This document shows positions 1 through 7,680 of a DNA stretch of 64,000 bases, piece after piece. A model generated the notes under the pieces. That model made no database searches, was not told the DNA's origin, and saw nothing but the letters and a program-made list of their open reading frames with translations. The stretch is from Streptomycetaceae bacterium (GTDB lineage: Bacteria; Actinomycetota; Actinomycetes; Nanopelagicales; Nanopelagicaceae). The stretch is from assembly GCA_007280125.1 (NCBI GenBank), contig QYPT01000076.1, forward strand, positions 17-64,016, written 5' to 3'. Position numbers and translations under genes: made by a program. Each line of letters starts with the position of its first letter. The first letter of the stretch is position 1.

Positions 1-565
1 GTGTTTCAGGGTTATGTCGCTCGGGCATCCAGCCACGTGATGATTGGTGGGCGCCTGCAACATTAAAGTATCGCAAGCTGATTGCAGATAAGCCATGGTT
101 GATAGATTCTTCGGTAAGCATTTCATCTATGCGGGCTTTAGTCGCACCGTATGGATTAGTTGGAAGTGTCGGATCACTTTCAAGGATAGGGATTGATTGT
201 GGTTCGCCATAGGTTGCTGCCGATGATGAAAAAACAATTTTCCCGATAGCTGCAGTACGCATTTCCTCCAAGAGGTTGGCCGTTCCTTCTACATTGACTG
301 ACCAATACAACTTAGGTTTAAGTACGGATTCGCCAACTAGTGACTTTCCTGCAAAATGCATTACTGCCTCGCACTCGAGGAGAGCTTTTGCAATAGTCGA
401 ACGATCCATTATGGAACCTTGGATAAAGCGAGCATTTGCTGGGACTGCGTCAGAATGACCAGTACTGCAATCATCCAGGACCGTTACGTCGAATCCCTGC
501 GAAATAAGAATGTCAGCTGCAGTTGCACCTATATATCCAGCACCACCAGTGACAAGTATGCGCAT
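1..565 (-). CDS. galE: UDP-glucose 4-epimerase, N-terminal part (3' end lies beyond the window start)
   Basis: The minus-strand frame from ATG 565..563 reads MRILVTGGAGYIGATAADILISQGFDVTVLDDCSTGH... and continues to ...LRYFNVAGAHQSS..PET. This shows a Rossmann GxxGxxG and the typical GalE LRYFNVAG. The start overlaps the galT stop by 1 nt (TAATG). The frame is open at the window edge, so it is absent from the ORF track. Confidence 0.9.
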   Translation of the reverse strand, partial: MRILVTGGAGYIGATAADILISQGFDVTVLDDCSTGHSDAVPANARFIQGSIMDRSTIAKALLECEAVMHFAGKSLVGESVLKPKLYWSVNVEGTANLLEEMRTAAIGKIVFSSSAATYGEPQSIPILESDPTLPTNPYGATKARIDEMLTEESINHGLSAISLRYFNVAGAHQSSRGWMPERHNPET

Positions 566-1683
566 TACTTCTCCAACACGACGTTTCGAAGTTGTTCTGC
601 AGATTGCTCTGGTCGCATATCCATAATGAATGCGCCCATTGCTGCTTCAGATCCAGCAAGATACTTCAACTTTCCAGGTGCGCGTCGCACGCTGGTTATT
701 TGCCAATGAAGTCGAAGCACATCGCGACCTTGACGCACAGGTGCTTGATGCCAGGCCGCAATGTATGCCATCTGGATACCGAATACTCCATCTAAACGTC
801 TGAGTACTTCTAGGGCAACGGGAGCAAATGCGTCGCACACAGCTGGTGAAAGTTCGGTTAAATCGGCAACAGGCACCCGCGGCGCCACGTGAATTTCAAA
901 TGGGTAACGAGCTGCAAAAGGTGTGAAAGCAATCCAATGCTCGTTCTGTGCCACGATGCGTACTTCATCTTTAATTTCACGTTCAACTAGATCATCAAAT
1001 AGAACGCGGCCCGTCTTTGATTTGTAGTCTCGCGCCGCTGCAAGCATTCTTTCTACACGAGAAGGCAAATAGGAGTATGCATATATTTGACCATGTGGGT
1101 GCGAGAGAGTAACTCCCACTTCTTCTCCACGATTCTCAAACGGAAAAATCTGTTCAATAAAATCAACCTGTGATAATTCGCGAGTTCGATCTCTCCACGC
1201 TTCAAGCACTGTTCGCACTTGGCGTTCGGAGAGATCTCCAAGTGAATTACCATGTTCTGAAGTGAAACAAACAACTTCGCACTTGCCAGCGGCCGGTGCG
1301 TTTGGTGTTCCTGGTCCATGAAGTGCTGGAAGTTCCCAACCTTCTGCAGGGGATCGTAGAGAAGGAGCACGGTTATCAAAAACAACTACCTCATATGTTG
1401 AATCTGGAATTTCGGTCAATAACTCACCGACTGTGGGGCAGAGCGGACATAATTCTTTTGGGGGAAGAAAGACCCTGCCCTGGCGATGAGGGGCCATTGC
1501 TACCCATTCGTTGACAAGTGAATCTAACCGAAGTTCGCCAATCGCCGGTTGTGGCTCTGCTGGGCGTTGATCCAAAGCAACTCTAGATTGACCAGCGGTG
1601 TCGTAATAGCGAATTGTGCGGCCATCAGACATGGTGCGATCTGTACGCACGACCCCTGCTAAAAGTTCTTTTGGCATACTCAT
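565..1683 (-). CDS. galT: galactose-1-phosphate uridylyltransferase
   Basis: ORF 565..1731. I prefer the internal ATG at 1683 (MSMPKELL...) because the longer start would overlap the glpK stop at 1689. It has the HxHxQ active-site motif (LSHPHGQIYAY) and Cys-rich CPLCP. Confidence 0.88.
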   Translation of the reverse strand: MSMPKELLAGVVRTDRTMSDGRTIRYYDTAGQSRVALDQRPAEPQPAIGELRLDSLVNEWVAMAPHRQGRVFLPPKELCPLCPTVGELLTEIPDSTYEVVVFDNRAPSLRSPAEGWELPALHGPGTPNAPAAGKCEVVCFTSEHGNSLGDLSERQVRTVLEAWRDRTRELSQVDFIEQIFPFENRGEEVGVTLSHPHGQIYAYSYLPSRVERMLAAARDYKSKTGRVLFDDLVEREIKDEVRIVAQNEHWIAFTPFAARYPFEIHVAPRVPVADLTELSPAVCDAFAPVALEVLRRLDGVFGIQMAYIAAWHQAPVRQGRDVLRLHWQITSVRRAPGKLKYLAGSEAAMGAFIMDMRPEQSAEQLRNVVLEK

Positions 1684-1688
1684 GGTGC

Positions 1689-3191
1689 TTACTCTACCCA
1701 GTTTAAAGTGCGAGCTACCGCCTTCTTCCAAAGCCTGAAGCCTTCAGTGCGAGTGTTTGCATTCATGATGGGATTCCATTCTTTAGAAATGGACCAATGC
1801 TTCTTGAGCTCATCGATATCTTCCCAATACCCAACAGCTAATCCAGCCGCGTAGGCGGCACCGACTGCAGTTGTTTCGATGATGGTTGGCCGTTTGATAG
1901 TGATGCCTAAAATATCTGATTGAAGTTGCATGCATAATTCATTAGCTGTAATTCCGCCATCTACGCGCATAAAAGTTAGTGACCTCCCGCTGTCAGCAAC
2001 CATGGAGTCAAGGATCTCTTTCGTTTGATAGCAAATGGACTCAAGAGTTGCCCGTGCAATATGCGCTTTTGTTGAAGCCCTCGTTAGTCCGACTATCACT
2101 CCGCGTGCGTCACTCCTCCAATGAGGGGCAAAGAGACCCGAGAATGCGGGAACAAAATATACGCCACCTGAATTATCGACGCTTGCGGCAAGGGCTTCAA
2201 TCTCGCTCGCTTCATTGATAATTCCCAACTGATCTCTCAGCCATTGAACTGCAGAACCAGTTACAGCCACCGAACCTTCAAGTGCGTAATGGGCAGGAGC
2301 ATTTCCAAATTTATAAAGGACGGTCGTCAATAAACCGTGCTGGGAATGGACAATTTCCTCTCCTGTGTTGAGCAGGGCGAAGTTGCCTGTTCCGTACGTT
2401 GTTTTGGAATCACCACTATCAAAGCACGCTTGTCCCACCATTGCTGCTTGTTGATCACCCAAGATTGCCGCGATAGGGATTTGGGCACCGAGGAATCCAT
2501 TAGCCTGAGTGTGCGCATAAATTTCTGACGAAGAATGAATTTCGGGCAAGATGCCCGGAGGGATTTCAAATATTTTAAGAAGCTCGAGATCCCAATCTAA
2601 TGTTTCAAGATCCATCAGCAAGGTTCTACTCGCGTTTGTTACATCAGTGAAGTGAACGCCGCCGTTAATTCCTCCTGAAAGATTCCATAGAATCCAGGAA
2701 TCAATCGTGCCAAATCTTGCATCTCCGCGGGCAATCGCTTCAGATACTCGAGGTACATTATTAATTAACCAATGGATTTTGCTTGCAGAAAAATAGGGAG
2801 CCACTGGTAACCCTGTGCGCTTGGTTAATAATTCTTGATCTGATTCTCTGATTTCAGAGCAATACTGCGAAGTCCGCATGTCCTGCCAGACAATCGCATT
2901 TGCTAAGGGGAGACCGGTAGTTACATTCCACGCTAGGGTTGTTTCTCGTTGATTTGTGATGCCGATCGCGGCCAATTGAGAGCTTTGAATTCCGGCACTT
3001 GCTAGCGCCTTAGTAATAACACTCTGACATCGCTTCCAAATTTCTGCGGCATCGTGTTCGACCCAACCAGGCGAGGGAAGTATTTGCTCGTGTGCTTCTT
3101 GGGCACTTGATACGATTTTTCCGTCATGATTGAAGATAATGAAGCGAGTGCTGCTTGTACCTTGATCAAGACTGCCCACGTAAGCCATCAA
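1689..3191 (-). CDS. glpK: glycerol kinase
   Basis: 500 aa. The N-terminus YVGSLDQGTSSTRFIIF, ..GWVEHDAAEIW.., ..GITNQRETT..W are FGGY kinase hallmarks of GlpK. Confidence 0.95.
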   Translation of the reverse strand: MMAYVGSLDQGTSSTRFIIFNHDGKIVSSAQEAHEQILPSPGWVEHDAAEIWKRCQSVITKALASAGIQSSQLAAIGITNQRETTLAWNVTTGLPLANAIVWQDMRTSQYCSEIRESDQELLTKRTGLPVAPYFSASKIHWLINNVPRVSEAIARGDARFGTIDSWILWNLSGGINGGVHFTDVTNASRTLLMDLETLDWDLELLKIFEIPPGILPEIHSSSEIYAHTQANGFLGAQIPIAAILGDQQAAMVGQACFDSGDSKTTYGTGNFALLNTGEEIVHSQHGLLTTVLYKFGNAPAHYALEGSVAVTGSAVQWLRDQLGIINEASEIEALAASVDNSGGVYFVPAFSGLFAPHWRSDARGVIVGLTRASTKAHIARATLESICYQTKEILDSMVADSGRSLTFMRVDGGITANELCMQLQSDILGITIKRPTIIETTAVGAAYAAGLAVGYWEDIDELKKHWSISKEWNPIMNANTRTEGFRLWKKAVARTLNWVE

Positions 3192-3246
3192 TCTCCACCC
3201 CCTGATACTCTTACTCTAATGGTGGTTAAGTAGGAAATGGGAAAAG

Positions 3247-4920
3247 ATGTTTAATTCGCGCTTGGACCCTGAGCAGCGAAAGAACGCCCTGGAGGCGCTA
3301 TCTTCGAAAGAGCTTGATGTACTTGTTATTGGTGGAGGAGTTACCGGAGTCGGAACTGCTTTAGATGCTGCATCGCGAGGATTGCGCGTCGCACTCATCG
3401 AAGCACATGACATTGCAAGTGGTACATCCAGCAGATCTAGTAAATTAATTCATGGTGGGCTTCGATATCTCGAACAATATGATTTTAAGCTTGTCAGAGA
3501 AGCGCTTCAAGAAAGAGAAGCCTTAGTAACATTCCTGGCACCGCATCTGGTAAAGCCTGTTGCTTTCTTATATCCGCTCCATGAGAAAATCAAAGATCGT
3601 ACCTATGTAGGGGCTGGTCTAGCGTTATATGACGTTCTCCGTGGATTTAACCGCGCACTTCCATGGCATAAACACATCAGCCAAAGAAGTATTGCCGCTA
3701 TTTCTCCGTCTTTGCGTCGGGACATCGTCACCGGGGCTATCAAATACTTTGATGCACAAGTTGATGATGCACGTCATACGATGATGGTTGCGCGCACGGC
3801 AGCCCGACATGGCGCTGTTATCGCATCGGGTGTTCGTGCTGAATCTTTGATTCTCGAAGGCAAGCGTGTTGTGGGGGTTATTGCAACTGACAATGAATCG
3901 GGTCAATCCATTCGAATTTCTGCCGGAGTAACGATCATGTGTGCAGGTGTCTGGAGTGACCAGTTGCACGAACAATTTGGTCTAAAGGCTGGCTACGAAG
4001 TTCGAATGAGTAAAGGCGTGCATATCGTTTTGCCAGGATCTGCAATCAATTCACAATCAGGGATAATCTTGAAAACACCATCCTCGGTTTTGTTTGTTAT
4101 TCCTTGGAATAATCAGTGGATTGTTGGCACAACAGATACAGAATTTGTAGGAAATAGAGATGAACCTTTGGCTACGCGTGAAGACGTGGATTACATACTT
4201 AATCAAGCCAATAGAGTCTTGCAACCGATGCTAAAAGAGTCGGACATCATTGGAGTGTATGCAGGACTTAGGCCATTAGTCTCTCGCAAGGCAGATGAAT
4301 CAACTTCCGAACTCTCGCGCGAGCACACTGTTGATCGTCCTGCACCTGGCTTTGTGAGCATTGCTGGTGGTAAATACACGACATATCGAATCATGGCAAG
4401 AGATGTTGTAGATATCGCAACGAGAGAATTAATGAAATCCGTACCTGGTTCAGTCACAGATAAGCTGCCCATTGTTGGGGCCGATGGATATTTCGCGCTG
4501 ATGCAGCAGATTCCAACATTGCATGCTGATTCTGGGTTGAGTATCCAAACTATTGAACATCTTCTCAATAGGTATGGTTCTCTCATTAGCGAGATATTGG
4601 ACCTAATTTCAGAGCAACCAAAATTGGCCAAGCAGTTGCACCCTGAATTTGCTTATATAGAGGCAGAAATCTATTACGCGGTAAGTCATGAGGGCGCGAG
4701 AAGCGTGGATGATGTTATTTCTCGGCGTACTAGATTGACTTTTGAAGCTCAGGAAAATGCAGAAGCCTTAATCAATGCCGTAGCTGACATTATTTCACCC
4801 GTCCTTGGATGGGGCAAGAAAGAGAAAGACAGATCAATAGCCGAGTACAAAGAAATAATCACTCGTGAAAGAGCTGCTTGCTCATTGCTTCTTGAAAAGG
4901 GTACTTCGGTTAAATCCTAA
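3247..4920 (+). CDS. glpD: FAD-dependent glycerol-3-phosphate dehydrogenase
   Basis: 557 aa. It has the dinucleotide fold DVLVIGGGVTGVGTALDAASRG and ..KLIHGGLRYLE.. typical of GlpD. It is divergent from glpK across a 55-nt spacer. Confidence 0.9.
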   Translation: MFNSRLDPEQRKNALEALSSKELDVLVIGGGVTGVGTALDAASRGLRVALIEAHDIASGTSSRSSKLIHGGLRYLEQYDFKLVREALQEREALVTFLAPHLVKPVAFLYPLHEKIKDRTYVGAGLALYDVLRGFNRALPWHKHISQRSIAAISPSLRRDIVTGAIKYFDAQVDDARHTMMVARTAARHGAVIASGVRAESLILEGKRVVGVIATDNESGQSIRISAGVTIMCAGVWSDQLHEQFGLKAGYEVRMSKGVHIVLPGSAINSQSGIILKTPSSVLFVIPWNNQWIVGTTDTEFVGNRDEPLATREDVDYILNQANRVLQPMLKESDIIGVYAGLRPLVSRKADESTSELSREHTVDRPAPGFVSIAGGKYTTYRIMARDVVDIATRELMKSVPGSVTDKLPIVGADGYFALMQQIPTLHADSGLSIQTIEHLLNRYGSLISEILDLISEQPKLAKQLHPEFAYIEAEIYYAVSHEGARSVDDVISRRTRLTFEAQENAEALINAVADIISPVLGWGKKEKDRSIAEYKEIITRERAACSLLLEKGTSVKS

Positions 4921-6550
4921 TTTGATTCTTACATGTGTCAGCAACCGTGGTTGGTGACTTAGTCGGTTTCGGAGTTGGTGACTTAGTCGGTTTCGGAGTT
5001 GGTGTCGCACCCTGAATTATAGTTAACAATACAGGCGTCGAACTTTTAGCATGAGTTCCTGAAACATCTTTATATTCAACAGATCCAGACCATGTGCCTG
5101 CGGGAATTCCCTTGACTGATAGAGCCCAGTTTCCGCTGGACTCGCGTACAGCGCTTTGCGTCAGCGCCGTAGGTGCGGTGAAAGGTACATCAGGTACGAA
5201 TAAAACCGTTCCGGTGACTACAGGTGATCCCGAAGGGCGATTAACTGAAACAGAAAATACGACTGGTTTATTCGTTGTACTTGATGTTGTGCTGTTAATC
5301 ATTAGCGCACTTGGTTCATGAACTGGCATCAAATCTGCGACATCAGGGACCCACGTACCCTTAATGAGATCCAGAAAAGTATTCGGAGTTCCGCGGAAGA
5401 CACTAAGGTCTAATCGACTACCGGGGACTCCATATTTATTAGCAATCCCACATGATGTGTACTGCCACATAACCCACGACACTGAACAATTGGAAGTCGT
5501 CCATGAGTGGACGAAGCAACCACCAAGTTTTTGTCCTGGCTGGGCGAGGGGGTCAGCAGGATTAATTCCGTAGTGAGCAATCCAGAGCGGATATTTAATT
5601 AAATCAGTACTGCGATTCATCGCGTGTTCTAGAAACTGAGGGTACGAGTAAAGAATCGGAGTGCGTCCCGTACGTAAGTTCATGGTTGAGAGCCATGTAT
5701 TGGCCCAGAGAGTTACAGCGCTGCGGGTCGCATATTTCTCGCATTTTCCGCTATTGCTGACTCGCACACAGTTATTTTCTAAGTCCAGGGCATATGACAA
5801 ATCACGATCTGTGTACCCTCCGATTCCCGCTAGGCGCCAGATTGCTTTTTGGGCTTGAGCAAGGGCATCATCGATAATGATGTTCGGGTCCGTCGTATCT
5901 GGCAATGTCGCATAATAATAAAACCCAGTCATAATTCCGGCAGCTTGAGCAGCGTTGTGATCCATCACCAGATATTTCAGTGCTTGAGCATCAGAGACAT
6001 CTCTAGAGTCAGAAGCTTTAATCATTACAAAGCGCACGCCTGCTTTATACATCTTTTCAAAATCAATGGGTGCATCGTTGGGATGTTGCCAGCGACTTAT
6101 ATCAACGCCATGAATGCGTCCGCCAGGTCCGGCAAGGTCAATCAAAGTTGAGCTATCTGCCGCGCTCATCTCTGGTGTTTGTTTAATGGTAATTGTTCTT
6201 GCAGAAGAATAAATTATCTGCCCAGCCACTTTTGCAACTGCTCGGTATTTCACCTTTGCATTCAGGGCTGTTGCGGTGGCTTCTATTTTCCAAGCACCCC
6301 CGGAAGTGCTCTTAGTGGAAAGATTTGTCGTTTGCCATTTACTATCTATTTCTACTTGAAGTCCAATTGCTATTCCTGGATTGGCAGGTTTGACTCGTCC
6401 ATAAAGACTCACGATCGGCTCTGTAAAACTCGGAGTTTGAGTAAGAGTGAGAGTGAGGCTTGCTGGTGCACCGCTTGCTACAGGAAGAAATGAGTAAGTC
6501 AGGGCAACAACGGCAGCGAAGGCATTTTTTCGCATGAAAAGAATTTTCAT
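4910..6550 (-). CDS. secreted multidomain GH25-family muramidase (lysozyme) with Ig-like C-terminal region and Pro/Thr-rich tail
   Basis: 546 aa with a signal peptide (MKILFMRKNAFAAVVALTYSFLPVASGAP). The GH25-like core is GVDISRWQHPNDAPIDFEKMYKAGVRFVMIKASD ... YALDLENN. The C-terminus is TPTPKPTKSPTPKPTKSPTT. The start overlaps the upstream ORF stop (ATGA), and the 3' end overlaps glpD convergently by 11 nt. Confidence 0.75.
   Translation of the reverse strand: MKILFMRKNAFAAVVALTYSFLPVASGAPASLTLTLTQTPSFTEPIVSLYGRVKPANPGIAIGLQVEIDSKWQTTNLSTKSTSGGAWKIEATATALNAKVKYRAVAKVAGQIIYSSARTITIKQTPEMSAADSSTLIDLAGPGGRIHGVDISRWQHPNDAPIDFEKMYKAGVRFVMIKASDSRDVSDAQALKYLVMDHNAAQAAGIMTGFYYYATLPDTTDPNIIIDDALAQAQKAIWRLAGIGGYTDRDLSYALDLENNCVRVSNSGKCEKYATRSAVTLWANTWLSTMNLRTGRTPILYSYPQFLEHAMNRSTDLIKYPLWIAHYGINPADPLAQPGQKLGGCFVHSWTTSNCSVSWVMWQYTSCGIANKYGVPGSRLDLSVFRGTPNTFLDLIKGTWVPDVADLMPVHEPSALMINSTTSSTTNKPVVFSVSVNRPSGSPVVTGTVLFVPDVPFTAPTALTQSAVRESSGNWALSVKGIPAGTWSGSVEYKDVSGTHAKSSTPVLLTIIQGATPTPKPTKSPTPKPTKSPTTVADTCKNQIRI
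4951..5004 (-). repeat. perfect 24-nt tandem repeat (2.25 copies) encoding the PTKSPTPK linker
   Basis: ttggtgacttagtcggtttcggag occurs at 4951..4974 and again at 4975..4998, followed by ttggtg at 4999..5004. It is in frame within the GH25 gene. Confidence 0.95.
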
Positions 6551-6807
6551 ACTTTTTCAACAATTTCTAAGTCGATACCAAAAACTTCTTGGATGGAATC
6601 CTTAAGGGCTAATCGATGCTCATTACGAATACTCGAGTACTCATGATTTGAGGCCAATTTGCGGCTATCGGAATAATCCAGGACTAACGTTGAACCGCTA
6701 AGAGAGGCTAGTCGGGCATCAAAGAATGCGAGCCAGGCAATACGATTTTTACGCTCCAAGAGGTCGAGCACCTCGGTCCATCCGGCTCGCAATTGAACGA
6801 TATCCAT
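6547..6807 (-). CDS. 86-aa protein resembling the extreme C-terminal domain of actinobacterial DNA polymerase III tau/gamma (DnaX)
   Basis: MDIVQLRAGWTEVLDLLERKNRIAWLAFFDARLASLSGSTLVLDYSDS...RLALKDSIQEVFGIDLEIVEKV follows the W-x-x-[IV]-L ... R-x-x-W ... G-x-T-L-x-L ... L-x-x-A-[IL] ... G pattern I recall from DnaX tails. It is translationally coupled (ATGA) to the GH25 gene. Its status as an expressed CDS is unproven. Confidence 0.5.
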   Translation of the reverse strand: MDIVQLRAGWTEVLDLLERKNRIAWLAFFDARLASLSGSTLVLDYSDSRKLASNHEYSSIRNEHRLALKDSIQEVFGIDLEIVEKV

Positions 6808-6858
6808 ATTCGAGACGATACCCGATGAATCCGTGTAAATCTTGAGAGTTCTAGGTGC

Positions 6859-7530
6859 CTATAGCGGGTGGCGGGGCGCTCCGATCCATTTGAAGTACTC
6901 ACCCGCCAGCAATACCCTCAGATTGCTACTTCTGCTTGGAGCCAGGCTCAATTGTTGAGCAACACGAGCCACGATTTGTTCCACTGCTTTTTCGCTCACA
7001 AATCTTGCTCGGCCGATTTCGGAATTGCTCATTCCGTTGGCAACAAGACGAAGCGTTTCAATCTGTGTATTTGTTAACTTATGTAAAACGGAATCAAAAA
7101 CATCAGGGCGCAATGATGAATGATTATTTATCCATGACATTTTACTTCTGCGTGTGTTGGCAAGAATAGATTCTGGAATCGCCTCACAGATTGCATCTAG
7201 ATCAACTATGGATCTTTTTAAAACAATGAGAGTTCCGACAGGTATATCTTTTTCGTTCAAATTAAGTAGTCGTAAGTCAGGACAAGCTGTTGTAAGCACT
7301 ATGCCAATTGTTGGATCAAGCTGTCTTAGCTCATGTGCAAATGGAACGCCACCATGAGCGTCAAATTGCACATCAATAACTACTGCTTGAGGACGCATTG
7401 TTCGAAAGATGTTGAGGGCTAACACCCGAGAATTTGCTTCACCAATAATATTTATGCCATGAAGACGCATCGCAGCAGCTAGAGTCGCTAACTCGAATGC
7501 ATCATCTGTTACTAGAAGGACTCTTTCCAT
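6859..7530 (-). CDS. response regulator, receiver + LuxR/GerE-type HTH (RR1)
   Basis: 223 aa. The receiver has an acidic pocket (LLVTDD), a candidate phospho-Asp in AVVIDVQF, and IVLTT / VLKR. The C-terminal HTH is LTNTQIETLRLVANGMSNSEIGRARFVSEKAVEQIVARV. Confidence 0.85.
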   Translation of the reverse strand: MERVLLVTDDAFELATLAAAMRLHGINIIGEANSRVLALNIFRTMRPQAVVIDVQFDAHGGVPFAHELRQLDPTIGIVLTTACPDLRLLNLNEKDIPVGTLIVLKRSIVDLDAICEAIPESILANTRRSKMSWINNHSSLRPDVFDSVLHKLTNTQIETLRLVANGMSNSEIGRARFVSEKAVEQIVARVAQQLSLAPSRSSNLRVLLAGEYFKWIGAPRHPL

Positions 7531-7584
7531 GATTGTTCACAGTAGCGCAGATTGACCTCTTGAGTGAGAGATAAATGTTGCTGA

Positions 7585-7590
7585 ATTATA
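7585..7590 (-). promoter_or_regulatory. candidate -10 box (TATAAT) for RR1
   Basis: The minus strand reads a perfect TATAAT about 55 nt upstream of the RR1 ATG. The nearest -35-like hexamer (ATGACA) has only a 14-nt spacer, so this is weak as a housekeeping promoter. An activator-dependent promoter is plausible given the upstream repeats. Confidence 0.3.
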
Positions 7591-7625
7591 CTTTTGTTCT
7601 AATTTGTCATATTTTACGTGCGAAA

Positions 7626-7680
7626 AATTCTTAGGATAACCCCACATAATTTCTCCATCAATTACTTAGGATAACCCCAC
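7626..7680 (-). repeat. direct repeat of a 20/21-mer (16 nt perfect) with 35-nt period, spanning the kinase stop codon
   Basis: Copy 1 is aattcttaggataaccccac (7626..7645). Copy 2 is aattacttaggataaccccac (7660..7680). Copy 2 encodes the last codons (VGLS*) of the kinase, and copy 1 lies in the spacer upstream of RR1. Confidence 0.9.

Noticed and set aside
4951-5004. The tandem 24-nt repeat was considered as a CRISPR-like or minisatellite element.
   Set aside because: There are only 2.25 contiguous copies and no spacers. It is in frame inside the muramidase gene, encoding a PT-rich linker.
4910-6807. The GH25 enzyme plus the small upstream ORF were considered as a prophage lysis cassette (endolysin plus holin).
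   Set aside because: The enzyme has its own Sec signal peptide and extra Ig-like domains. The small ORF has no TM segment. No phage structural, terminase or integrase genes lie nearby.
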